Virus record (IMG/VR): IMGVR_UViG_3300020178_000002
Span: 124,001-188,000 of that record
Length of the DNA stretch: 64,000 bases
Direction: 5' to 3' (one strand)
In this document: positions 28,951-38,047 of the stretch, one piece after another
Layout of the letters: each line of letters opens with the position of its first letter
Position numbering within the stretch: the first letter of the stretch is position 1
Made by a program: the position numbers and the translations under genes
The notes under the pieces: generated by a model
Told to the model about the DNA's origin: nothing
Database searches by the model: none
What the model saw: the letters and a program-made list of their open reading frames with translations, nothing else

Positions 28951-30051
28951 ATGAATAAGGTATCAGCACAACAAATTAGATCTCTTGAGCTTAGGATAGC
29001 TAGGCTTGAAAAAGAGGCTGGCTTTATAGATGATATGGTAGGTGTCTTTAAAAAGACACTCAACATACCTAAGAATATGTTCTTAAAGATACTTTATGCC
29101 TTCAAAGAAGTTTATGATGATGTTGTTGTATGGAACACAGAATCAGAATCTAAGGCTATGGATTCATTAGGTGCATTATTGGGCATAAGAATATTTAGAT
29201 CTTTAGCTGGTGTTATAACTACAAGTGAGGGTTTACCTAAAATTGTCAAGTTCAACTACTCTGACCCTTTAAGCTCAACCTTCACAGGTGGACTTGCAAT
29301 GAAGTCTAATATCCCTCTTAAGAAGCTTATCAATATGTATGAGGGTGAGAACCAGACCAGAATGAAGAGAGCTTACACTTCATGGTATGCAGACTATAAA
29401 GAAATCATAAACCCTTCTGTCTCTGATAGAGAAGCGATTGATATTTTCTTAGATCTTTGTAAAAGAGGTGGGAAGTGGCTCTATCGCTTAATGACTGCCC
29501 TTATAGGTTTGGTTGGTATAGCGACTCTTAAGTCCACAGTCATATTCAACATCATTATTATGGTTGTACAGAGATATGTGCAGATAGGGATGTTTGATTT
29601 TCGAAATATGGATAAGAGAATTCTGGACTTCCAAGAAACAACAGTAAAGTATATAGACATAAAATCTGTTAAGTATCTTGAAGCAGAGGGTGTTATTGAA
29701 AACACTCACAAATTCATATCTGATGTTCTGGTTGGTGGGAGAGGGTATGTTCCTCGAAAAGAAGTAAAGGAATTTACTCTCGCTATTGTTGAAAAGCCCT
29801 TGCAGAAATACCAACCTATTGATTTTGTGTCTTGGAAAAAAGTTAGAGAGTACATGACACAAAACTACACTACCTTTATTGGTGTTTTCCTAACAGGATT
29901 CTTAGCTCTACTTGAGAAAGCACTTTATAAATGGGTCTTTAAAACAGAAGACTATGAAAAGATGAAAGCTGAAAGTGATGCAATGGGCAAGACAGCTTCT
30001 AAATACCCTGCAATTGCTTATATGGCTAGAAAGCTAGAAAGCTATTTATGA
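28951..30051 (+). CDS. Leader-tagged hydrophobic paralog 2
   Basis: Same leader; STFTGG; KTASKYP tail. Confidence 0.85.
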   Translation: MNKVSAQQIRSLELRIARLEKEAGFIDDMVGVFKKTLNIPKNMFLKILYAFKEVYDDVVVWNTESESKAMDSLGALLGIRIFRSLAGVITTSEGLPKIVKFNYSDPLSSTFTGGLAMKSNIPLKKLINMYEGENQTRMKRAYTSWYADYKEIINPSVSDREAIDIFLDLCKRGGKWLYRLMTALIGLVGIATLKSTVIFNIIIMVVQRYVQIGMFDFRNMDKRILDFQETTVKYIDIKSVKYLEAEGVIENTHKFISDVLVGGRGYVPRKEVKEFTLAIVEKPLQKYQPIDFVSWKKVREYMTQNYTTFIGVFLTGFLALLEKALYKWVFKTEDYEKMKAESDAMGKTASKYPAIAYMARKLESYL

Positions 30052-30632
30052 TATACTCGCTTCAATGTACCTACTCAAATGGCATAAGAATAAACTCTTT
30101 AAATATATCACTTGCTAATGGACAGTCTTTCGATTGCCCAAAGCAAACATATGATACTAATAAAGAAATCCAAGCTCTGGTGTCCTCTGGTATGTTGAAG
30201 CTAAAAGTAAAAGAACACAAGTCTGGCCTTAGAGCGAACTCTAATAAACGAGTTTTACGAAGCAACCCGACTAATGAGAGAGTTGTAGAGAGAGTTGTAG
30301 AGAGAGTTGTTGAATCCCCAATAGACATGGATGCAATCACTAGGAATGTAGTTGAGCAAATAGGTGCTGTACTATCTCCTGAGATATTGGCTCAAGCAAT
30401 TGCAGCACAACTCCCTACTGTCCAAGCTAATTACCCACAGAAAAATGAGGGTAATAGTTCTTTTATGTCTTCTAGTGAAGACAATCTAATGTTTATCCCC
30501 TCTACTATTGTAGATAGAAATACTGTTGCTTCTAAATCCTCTGCCTCTGAAAGCATATCGGAAGACTCTGATGGTCTTGCTGATGCTATGGCTGCTTTAA
30601 AAGCAATGAAAAAGAAGAAAGGTCAAACCTAA
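30048..30632 (+). CDS. Hypothetical protein with ERVV x3 repeat
   Basis: 194 aa, overlapping both neighbours; 12-bp coding repeat GAGAGAGTTGTA. Confidence 0.75.
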   Translation: MIYSLQCTYSNGIRINSLNISLANGQSFDCPKQTYDTNKEIQALVSSGMLKLKVKEHKSGLRANSNKRVLRSNPTNERVVERVVERVVESPIDMDAITRNVVEQIGAVLSPEILAQAIAAQLPTVQANYPQKNEGNSSFMSSSEDNLMFIPSTIVDRNTVASKSSASESISEDSDGLADAMAALKAMKKKKGQT

Positions 30633-31564
30633 TGAATAAAGTATCTGCACAGCAAATCAGATCTCTTGAAATGAGAATTGCCAGACTCGAAAGAGAGGCT
30701 GGTCTTAAAGAAATCTTTGATGACATCTCTGGATTTGTTAAAGGTGTTGTTAACATTCCTAAAAACTTCATCAAGAAAATCATCAATGTTTTCAAAGATG
30801 TTGGAAACAACCTAACTGTCCTTCTTTCAAAACAAGAAGATAGGATTGTTAGAGCCCTTAAATCTGCATTGGGAATCCGAGTAGCTGCGACTCTTGAAGG
30901 CTTTGTTATAGATACTAGAGATCTTCCTATCATTGTAGACTTTAATCTTATGAATCCTATTAAGTCTACTTTCACAGGTGGCAATGCAGGATCTTCAAAA
31001 GTATCTTTGGACAAGTTGGCATCTCTCTATGATGGAGAAGAAGCTAGAAGAATTAAGTCAGCTTTCCTTTCATGGAAATCAGACTACCTTCCTTCTTTAA
31101 ATGCATTACAAGGAAAAGATGATGTTGGAGTTATTAAGGGCTTTCTAAAACTGATACAAAGGTCATCTAAACTGCTTTACAGATTCTTGAAGATTGCTCT
31201 AAGCATATTCAGCATTGCCCAGCTTATTGCAGCACCTTGGGGATCTTGGGTTTTAGGTTTAGCTATGGTCTTCATAGGGAATCATAATATGTTGCCTATA
31301 TCAGCCGACTATACTCTTCTAACAGATAAGAGTCTAGCTAATATTATGGATGCCAAAGACTTCTTACCTCGTAATGAAGTTCCATTGTTGAAATCTTTTG
31401 GTCCTGCTATTATCACTACTGTTCTTAAGATTCTTGAAAAAGCATTCTATCGCTATGGTGTTAATGTTGATGCCTTTGACGAGGAATCTATGGGTAGAAC
31501 AGCTTCTCAATTCCCAAGAGTTGCTTCTGTAACTAGAAGACTCGAACACTACGCTTACGCTTAA
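30632..31564 (+). CDS. Leader-tagged hydrophobic paralog 3
   Basis: Same leader; STFTGG; RTASQFPRVAS tail. Confidence 0.85.
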   Translation: MNKVSAQQIRSLEMRIARLEREAGLKEIFDDISGFVKGVVNIPKNFIKKIINVFKDVGNNLTVLLSKQEDRIVRALKSALGIRVAATLEGFVIDTRDLPIIVDFNLMNPIKSTFTGGNAGSSKVSLDKLASLYDGEEARRIKSAFLSWKSDYLPSLNALQGKDDVGVIKGFLKLIQRSSKLLYRFLKIALSIFSIAQLIAAPWGSWVLGLAMVFIGNHNMLPISADYTLLTDKSLANIMDAKDFLPRNEVPLLKSFGPAIITTVLKILEKAFYRYGVNVDAFDEESMGRTASQFPRVASVTRRLEHYAYA

Positions 31565-31615
31565 TATCTTATTTATCATTAGCTTCCTGTGAAAAAAACA
31601 CAGGGGGCTGATGAT

Positions 31616-31747
31616 ATGACAAGATACCAGATGAAAAGATTAGAGATGAGGATTTCCAGAAAACTCGAAAGGAAGTCCAAACTTCAACTTCAGCGTATCT
31701 ATCAGAGATTAGCTTCTTTAGAAAAAGAGGTTAAATCCAATGAATAA
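31616..31747 (+). CDS. 43-aa peptide made of two leader-like motifs (not in the ORF track)
   Basis: MTRYQMKRLEMRISRKLERKSKLQLQRIYQRLASLEKEVKSNE; AGGGGG SD; own TA-N5-TTTAT motif. Confidence 0.65.
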   Translation: MTRYQMKRLEMRISRKLERKSKLQLQRIYQRLASLEKEVKSNE

Positions 31748-32669
31748 AGTATCTGCACAGCAAATCAGATCTCTTGAAATGAGAATAGCTAGACTTGAAA
31801 GAGAAGCTAGCTTTCAAGATGTTTTGGATGACATCAGTGGTTTTGTTAAAGGTGTTGTTAATATCCCTAAGAACTTTATTAAAAACATCATCAATGTTTT
31901 GAAGGATGTAGGTAACAACCTTAAAGCAACTTTTGCTGAACAGCGTGAAGTTATTTGTGAAGCCCTAGAGTCTGCATTGGGAATCCGAGTAGCTGCTACT
32001 CTACAAAACTTTATTGTAGATACCAGAGACATGCCTGTTATCGTTGAGCTCAATGTAATGAACCCAATCAAGTCGATATTCACAGGTGGTAAAGCTGGTT
32101 CTTCAAAGTATGCTCTTGATAAGCTGGCATCTCTTTATGACCGTGAAAGGTCTAAAAGAATCAAGTCTGCATACCTCTCTTGGAAGTCAGACTACTCTTC
32201 TCAAATAGATATTCTTCAAGGAAAATTTGATGAGTCTAACTCTGTTAAAAGATTAATGAAGTTTCTTCAAAGAAGCTCTAAGGTTGCTTATAGATTTTTC
32301 AAAGTTCTTTTCAGCATAGTCTCTATGACAGAGGTTATTGCAGCACCTTGGGGCTCTTGGATTATTGACCTAGCAACAATTACAGTAGGGTCACTTGATC
32401 TAATACCATTTTTACCAAAAGAGTCATGGACTCTTAGTAAAGTTGAAAGTATCACTGGTTTATCTTTCACTACCAATACCCTGAGTAAAAGTGTGGTCAA
32501 GACAATCCCTGCTACAATAGTCACCTCTGTTCTTAAGCTTCTTGAAAAAGCATTCTATCGCTATGGTGTTAATGTTGACGCTTTTGACGAGGAATCTATG
32601 GGTAGAACAGCTTCTCAATTCCCAAGAGTTGCTTCTATAACTAGAAGACTTGAAAACTATATCCTTTAG
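31740..32669 (+). CDS. Leader-tagged hydrophobic paralog 4
   Basis: Same leader; close paralog of 30632..31564 with a near-identical 3' end. Confidence 0.85.
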   Translation: MNKVSAQQIRSLEMRIARLEREASFQDVLDDISGFVKGVVNIPKNFIKNIINVLKDVGNNLKATFAEQREVICEALESALGIRVAATLQNFIVDTRDMPVIVELNVMNPIKSIFTGGKAGSSKYALDKLASLYDRERSKRIKSAYLSWKSDYSSQIDILQGKFDESNSVKRLMKFLQRSSKVAYRFFKVLFSIVSMTEVIAAPWGSWIIDLATITVGSLDLIPFLPKESWTLSKVESITGLSFTTNTLSKSVVKTIPATIVTSVLKLLEKAFYRYGVNVDAFDEESMGRTASQFPRVASITRRLENYIL

Positions 32670-32683
32670 AAAGGCTCGAAAGA

Positions 32684-33091
32684 ATGAATAAAGTATCTGC
32701 ACAGCAAATCAGATCTCTTGAAATGAGAATAGCTAGACTCGAAAGAGAGGCTGGTCTTATAGACCATTTCTATAAATCTCCATACAAAGAAAAACTAAGC
32801 CCTGAAGATATAATAAAAGGCTTTATTAAAGTTTTTAATCGTGCTTGTAGACATGGAAGTGTTATGTCTATCTACTCAGACCCATATGAAAATGATTTCA
32901 TCCTTACCTTGAGACTTAACATCGGGATTGTAAAAATAAAAGTTTCTATAGATGGGGAATTGATAGAGGTCTATAAAAATGATGGTGCTGTATACACAAG
33001 GCTTATGGCATCTTTTGAATACAAAGATATTAAAAAGGGAATGGTCAAGGTTGTTAAAGCCCTTGAAGCTAAATCTATTTACTATGTATAA
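32684..33091 (+). CDS. Leader-tagged hypothetical protein with unrelated body
   Basis: Identical MNKVSAQQIRSLEMRIARLEREAG leader, then no visible similarity to paralogs 1-4. Confidence 0.8.
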   Translation: MNKVSAQQIRSLEMRIARLEREAGLIDHFYKSPYKEKLSPEDIIKGFIKVFNRACRHGSVMSIYSDPYENDFILTLRLNIGIVKIKVSIDGELIEVYKNDGAVYTRLMASFEYKDIKKGMVKVVKALEAKSIYYV

Positions 33092-33151
33092 AGCTTTTAT
33101 TGTTTAGAGGTATAATAATAACAAACCCCTAAAGAATAAGGAGACTCTATC

Positions 33152-34144
33152 ATGAGTAAAGGTGTAGGATTAGATATTGGAACTATGAACCTTGTTTCAT
33201 CAAGAATGAATAAGAAAGAAGTTTCAATCAGAAGAATGAGAGACTTGTTTATTGACCTGCCTGCTTCTGCAAAGAAAATGCTTAAGTTAGGTTCGGTTTC
33301 ATATATTGAGTCTGACGAGCATTTATTGGTTCTTGGCGATGAAGCTATGGAAGTTGCAAATATGTTCGGCAGAGAGGGTCGTAGACCCCTTAAAGCAGGT
33401 CTTGTCTCTCCAGACGAGATTGACTCCCTCACAGTTCTTGGTCACATGGTTAAAGATGTGCTTGGAGAGCCTTCACATGAGGGTGAGCATTGCTACTTCT
33501 CTATCCCAGCAGCACCTGTTGATGTTCAAATGGATGTTGTTTACCACAAGGGAGTATTTACTCGCATTGTTCAAGAATGTGGATATACCCCTCACCCAGC
33601 AAATGAAGCTATGGCTATTGTATTTGCAGAGACAGCTAAAGAGGGCTTCTCAGGCATTGGCATTAGTTTTGGTTCAGGTATGACCAACATTGCTCTTGCA
33701 ATTAACACCATTGAGGGTCTCAGCTTCTCAGTTGCTAGAGGTGGGGATTGGATTGACCAAGGTGCTGCAAGATCAGTTGGTGGTACAGCCTCTAAGATGT
33801 GTGCTGTCAAAGAGAAAGGCATTGACCTTAATGCACCTAAGAATAGAGAAGAAGAAGCAATCTCCTTTTACTATAAGGCTTTGATTGAACATGCTCTTGA
33901 TAACATTGCTCAACAGTTTGTAATGAAGGGTGGACACCTTACTCTCAACAAGCCTATTCCAATTGTAGTAGGTGGTGGAACAAGTCTAGCTGGTGGGTTC
34001 ATGGATTTCTTTAGAGAGGTCTTTGAAACTAAGCGTAAGCGTTTCCCTATCGAGATCTCTGAGGTACGTCATGCTTCTGACCCATTCCATGCAGTTAGCA
34101 AGGGTATGTTAGTTCTTGCCCAACAAGAGTATGACGAGGATTGA
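33152..34144 (+). CDS. Actin-fold (MreB/FtsA/ParM superfamily) ATPase
   Basis: Phosphate-1 GLDIGTMN, connect NEAMA, phosphate-2 GISFGSGMTNI, adenosine VVGGGTSL; AAGGAG SD. Confidence 0.85.
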   Translation: MSKGVGLDIGTMNLVSSRMNKKEVSIRRMRDLFIDLPASAKKMLKLGSVSYIESDEHLLVLGDEAMEVANMFGREGRRPLKAGLVSPDEIDSLTVLGHMVKDVLGEPSHEGEHCYFSIPAAPVDVQMDVVYHKGVFTRIVQECGYTPHPANEAMAIVFAETAKEGFSGIGISFGSGMTNIALAINTIEGLSFSVARGGDWIDQGAARSVGGTASKMCAVKEKGIDLNAPKNREEEAISFYYKALIEHALDNIAQQFVMKGGHLTLNKPIPIVVGGGTSLAGGFMDFFREVFETKRKRFPIEISEVRHASDPFHAVSKGMLVLAQQEYDED

Positions 34145-34150
34145 TTAAAC

Positions 34151-34196
34151 AAAAAAAGAAGCCCCACTCCCCAATTAAGGGAAGCAGGGCTTCTTT
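34151..34196. terminator. Bidirectional terminator between convergent genes
   Basis: A7-GAAGCCC..TCCC / GGGA..GGGCTTC-TTT. Confidence 0.75.
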
Positions 34197-34229
34197 AATA
34201 AAAATCGTAGGGCTTAATCCAAGTGGATG

Positions 34230-34523
34230 TTAGATAAGTTCAATGCCTTCAGAATCATATATATGATGACCCATTCTCTCGGAGAGAAGATGAAGAAGTA
34301 CCTTATCTGCTGGTAATGTTATAGTTTCAGAGTCACCATTTGAAAAATGGACTTTTCGGTTTCTTGAGTCAAACTCTATGAAACCGATATTACTTCCATC
34401 ATGGGAATCTTTTTCAACATGTCTTTGAAGTAAGTCAAAGTTGATCTTTACCGCAGCTTCTTTTTCGAGTCTAGCGATTCTCATTTCTAGTTCAGAAATA
34501 ATTTTTTGAGCTGATTTGTTCAT
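34230..34523 (-). CDS. Leader-tagged small hypothetical protein
   Basis: MNKSAQKIISELEMRIARLEKEAA; AAGGAG SD; TA-N5-TTTAT at 34562-34575 on the minus strand. Confidence 0.8.
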   Translation of the reverse strand: MNKSAQKIISELEMRIARLEKEAAVKINFDLLQRHVEKDSHDGSNIGFIEFDSRNRKVHFSNGDSETITLPADKVLLHLLSERMGHHIYDSEGIELI

Positions 34524-34577
34524 CAGTATCTCCTTATTGTTTGTTATGTTATGTAGTTTATATAAATAGATTATTAA

Positions 34578-35516
34578 TTAGAAGTTGAAGATACAATCCT
34601 CAGGAAGTTTATCTTCTCTCCAACGCTCTAAGATAGGGTGACGAATAGCACCTGTCGGGTACTGTCCATACCCTTTAATTTCAGCAACACGACCTACGAA
34701 CTTTTCCATTTGGTCTCGAGGTCCTGTCTCTCCAAGAGAACCTACAACACGAAGATTGCCTTCTTTGTCATAGAATCCATAGTTGAGTCCTACATAACCT
34801 TTTGACCAAGGATCTGTGTGAAGACCCTCTGGGTAGAGTTTGCCATCAGTGCCAACCTCTCCAGGTCGGACTCTCCACTCGCTTGGCTTTGCATTAGCGT
34901 CTACAATCACAACGTCATAGTTGTCAGTAAACTTTAACTTAGCCCAAGAAGAACGGCTATTTGCTTTGTAAGGTGCGTTCACATCTTTTAGCATAATACC
35001 CTCATGTCCTCGCTCTAAAGCGATTTGCATGAGATCCTCAGTGTTATTCTCTCCCATGCTGTAAATCTCTGAAAGACAAAGATTTGAGAATGAAGAATCG
35101 AAAACACTTTCAAGGATAGCTCTACGCTCTTTCCATGAGAGGTCTCCTACATATTGTCCGTTGTGATAAACAATATCGAAAGCTGAAAAAACAAGGCTCT
35201 CTGGAGACTCGGCTCTAAGGTTGGAAACTCGGTCAGAACCCTCTGCACCTTCTCTGGGGATAATCTCTCCATCAAGAAGTGTTCCTGCTGGAACTTCTGC
35301 TTGAGCATGACTTAGACACTTAATGTCTTTTCCGATTCGTGACCATGCCACGTTATTTGAAATAAGACATCGGTGTCCATCGAGCTTCATTTCAGCAATG
35401 TAGTCTGATGACCCATTAACTTTATCCACCAACTTTTCTTTTGCAGTCTTCGCAAGTTGGGGGCGAAGAAACTTATAAACACCACAAGGTGAACTTACAT
35501 CAATTTTCTTTGGCAT
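34578..35516 (-). CDS. lig: ATP-dependent DNA ligase
   Basis: Motif I EMKLDGHR (KxDG), III LDGEI, IIIa FDIV, IV EGIMLK, V KLK, and OB-fold IRHP...WREDK. Confidence 0.92.
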   Translation of the reverse strand: MPKKIDVSSPCGVYKFLRPQLAKTAKEKLVDKVNGSSDYIAEMKLDGHRCLISNNVAWSRIGKDIKCLSHAQAEVPAGTLLDGEIIPREGAEGSDRVSNLRAESPESLVFSAFDIVYHNGQYVGDLSWKERRAILESVFDSSFSNLCLSEIYSMGENNTEDLMQIALERGHEGIMLKDVNAPYKANSRSSWAKLKFTDNYDVVIVDANAKPSEWRVRPGEVGTDGKLYPEGLHTDPWSKGYVGLNYGFYDKEGNLRVVGSLGETGPRDQMEKFVGRVAEIKGYGQYPTGAIRHPILERWREDKLPEDCIFNF

Positions 35517-35552
35517 ATCTGATTTCCTTTTCTATCTGTTTGTTAATATTAC

Positions 35553-35574
35553 TTATCAAATAGATAGGTGGGGG
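35553..35574 (-). promoter_or_regulatory. CCCCC-N9-TTTGATAA promoter-like motif upstream of the ligase
   Basis: Reverse complement reads CCCCC-ACCTATCTA-TTTGATAA. Confidence 0.65.
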
Positions 35575-35583
35575 TCAGATATA

Positions 35584-36393
35584 TTAGATGTAAGGAACAG
35601 ATTTTGGTCTCTTGTCTACAATGCGATATTCGTTACCGAATTTATCTTTAACATAGAGACTTTTTAAGTCACTAGAAACTCTAAGCTTTCTCTTGTATTT
35701 CTTCATAGTTTCTACATTAATGAGTTCTACACTTTGATTCCTTTTGTAGTACTTATTAATCATGTAGACATTTGGGTGACTATCGCTTACAAGGAAAGCT
35801 CCTATGATGCCAATGCTTGTGTATTTACTATCTTTGAATCCCTCAAGCTGCTCAGGTGTAACATTTTTATTCTTATTTGCACGAACACCACTCATGTCAG
35901 TATTCATAAATATAGCATCTTTAAAACTATTATTAATAATAGTAGATCTTTCTAGGCTTGCCTCTCGAAAAGAGACTCCATTCAAATTATTATGCATAAA
36001 ACTTGAGTTGTCTAGTGAAGCAATGTTGAAATATGCCCCTGTAAGATTACTTTCGTCAAAGGTAGACCTCTGAAGGTCACAGCCCGAGAACTCTGCATAT
36101 ATAGCTTTACATTTGAAAAGATGAACATTACCTTTGCTTAATTGTAACTGTGTAGTTAGCATTGTGCAATTTATAAATTTGGTATCTTTAAAACTACATC
36201 GCCCTAAGTTTGCACCACTAAGGATACAATTTTTAAAAGTAGTGCCATGAAGTTTTGTCTCTGAAAGATTTGCACTTGTGAAATCCACACCTGTGAATGT
36301 CTTATTAGAGAGATCTATTTCTTCAAGACTTGCGTGTTGTAAGTTCTTATTTCCAGCCATTAGTTGGTCTACAGAAAATTGATGTGCTGACAT
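35584..36393 (-). CDS. Pentapeptide-repeat protein
   Basis: A[DN][LF]xx periodicity (ASLEE IDLSN...VDFTS ANLSE...ANLGR...SNLTG AYFNI ASLDN). Confidence 0.9.
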   Translation of the reverse strand: MSAHQFSVDQLMAGNKNLQHASLEEIDLSNKTFTGVDFTSANLSETKLHGTTFKNCILSGANLGRCSFKDTKFINCTMLTTQLQLSKGNVHLFKCKAIYAEFSGCDLQRSTFDESNLTGAYFNIASLDNSSFMHNNLNGVSFREASLERSTIINNSFKDAIFMNTDMSGVRANKNKNVTPEQLEGFKDSKYTSIGIIGAFLVSDSHPNVYMINKYYKRNQSVELINVETMKKYKRKLRVSSDLKSLYVKDKFGNEYRIVDKRPKSVPYI

Positions 36394-36459
36394 TTTTCAT
36401 TTCCTTTGTCTGTTTTGTATAGTGGGTAATAGATAGGTTATAAAATAGAGGTGTTCTTC

Positions 36460-36921
36460 ATGTGGAAAACAGGGTCTAACAGGAAAGTTATTTTCTCAGA
36501 CATACTTTCCTTTATAAGCAATTCTCTAAAGTACGAGAGCAGAGTAGTAGTAGGTACAGATAGCCAGCCTCACAGAGAAGGCTCTCTTTTCGTAACTGCC
36601 ATTACAGTAATGTCGGTTTCGGTAGACTATGATTGTAGATACTTCTACCTCAAACACCCACCAAAAGTAGCTCATGGTTTATTTGACAGATTGTTTAGTG
36701 AGACACAACACTCTTTAGATATTGCTTCTGAAATAAGAGAGAGCATACCCTCAGTGAGTATTGAGATTCACTTAGATATAAGTCCATCTGATTCCAAAAG
36801 CAGAACTTCTCAATATGCAAACTCTCTTGTATCTCTGGTTCATGGTTATGGTTATAATCAGGTTAAAGTTAAACCAGAGGCATGGTGTGCTAGTGCCATA
36901 GCAGATTTCCACTCTAAATAG
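36460..36921 (+). CDS. Ribonuclease H-like YkuK family protein
   Basis: VGTDSQ, RLFSETQHS, EIHLDI, KPEAWCASAIAD. Confidence 0.8.
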   Translation: MWKTGSNRKVIFSDILSFISNSLKYESRVVVGTDSQPHREGSLFVTAITVMSVSVDYDCRYFYLKHPPKVAHGLFDRLFSETQHSLDIASEIRESIPSVSIEIHLDISPSDSKSRTSQYANSLVSLVHGYGYNQVKVKPEAWCASAIADFHSK

Positions 36922-36960
36922 TCTAGGATTCATATAAGTCCTCTTAAAAGGAGACTTATA

Positions 36961-37332
36961 TTGAAATACACCGAAATAAAAAATGGCCTTAGAGTGCTTA
37001 CTGTGGATGCTATTGGGATAATCAATGAAGCAAAGTTCCAGGCTGAAGAAGAAAAGGCAATAGAAGTAGTTGTAGCTGCTTTAGAAGAAGCAGGGTTCAA
37101 AAAGAAAGATGAGTCCCAACCAGATCGTGTTTTGATTATGGTACATAATTCAGAAAGCTTCCCTATTGAGATTTACTTTTTCTTGCCAGCATACACAGGA
37201 GGTTTTGTTCTTCAAAGTGGCTGGGAGATTATAGGTTGGCATAATAATAGTCAAAGCATAAATGAGATGAAGAACATCTTCAGCCATATAAGATCTTGCT
37301 GGAAGCAACAGTTTAAGAAGGATTCTTTATAA
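36961..37332 (+). CDS. Dispersed member of the YTExVNGKR...IRxxW family
   Basis: YTEIKNGLRV, ALEEAGF, IRSCWK; AAGGAG SD. Confidence 0.75.
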   Translation: MKYTEIKNGLRVLTVDAIGIINEAKFQAEEEKAIEVVVAALEEAGFKKKDESQPDRVLIMVHNSESFPIEIYFFLPAYTGGFVLQSGWEIIGWHNNSQSINEMKNIFSHIRSCWKQQFKKDSL

Positions 37333-37681
37333 ACACATAGTGAAGATATACAGAGGACAGCAAGTAATAGCTTTCACTCTTATGTCTTTTAGACTTTGCT
37401 TTTGTTAAGAAGCCATCTGGGTCAAGTTCTAAAAACTTATACTTCTTTGCTATTCTCTTAAAAGTAGATACCATTCTTCTAATGACAGCTTTTCTTTCTG
37501 GAGTCGCAAGATAGCCATCAAAAGTAGTAAAGGTCTTAGAGGTTTCAAAAGCAAAGGGTCTGATTGAGATGCTGTATAAAACACCCTCTTCACGAATTCT
37601 TTCCAGCTTGAAAGTCACTTGTACTTTGTACTTTAAAGAAGATTTAAGCTCTTCTATGAACTCTTGAAGATAGTCTTCCAT
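37313..37681 (-). CDS. Hypothetical protein
   Basis: 122-aa ORF in a minus-strand operon. Confidence 0.7.
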   Translation of the reverse strand: MEDYLQEFIEELKSSLKYKVQVTFKLERIREEGVLYSISIRPFAFETSKTFTTFDGYLATPERKAVIRRMVSTFKRIAKKYKFLELDPDGFLTKAKSKRHKSESYYLLSSVYLHYVFIKNPS

Positions 37682-37684
37682 ACT

Positions 37685-38044
37685 TTATCTCCATGCAGTG
37701 CAGATTGTCTTGTAGGATTGTGCTTGTCGCTGTTGCTGTCTCTGTTGTTCCTGCTGCTGTTGTTCCTGTGGATGAGGTAAACGATAAGGAACTTTTACCT
37801 CATCTGGGTAAAGCGACAGCACATCTAGTTGCTCTGTTTTGAAATCTTTCTTGACCACCTTCTTAAACCTTAGATGGCACATAGGGTCTGGATCATAAAC
37901 TTCCACGAGAGTGTATGGCATTGCATGCCCACCACATTGTGGCAGGTGTCCACAGTGGGAGTGTTCTGGTCTGAATACATACTCAGGCAAAAGGTAAGTA
38001 CAAGAAGATAGTAGAGTAAAAAGCAAGATGTGTATCAGTCTCAT
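37685..38044 (-). CDS. Putative lipoprotein with Gln-rich stretch
   Basis: MRLIHILLFTLLSSC lipobox; HSHCGHLPQC; poly-Q region. Confidence 0.65.
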   Translation of the reverse strand: MRLIHILLFTLLSSCTYLLPEYVFRPEHSHCGHLPQCGGHAMPYTLVEVYDPDPMCHLRFKKVVKKDFKTEQLDVLSLYPDEVKVPYRLPHPQEQQQQEQQRQQQRQAQSYKTICTAWR

Positions 38045-38047
38045 ATT

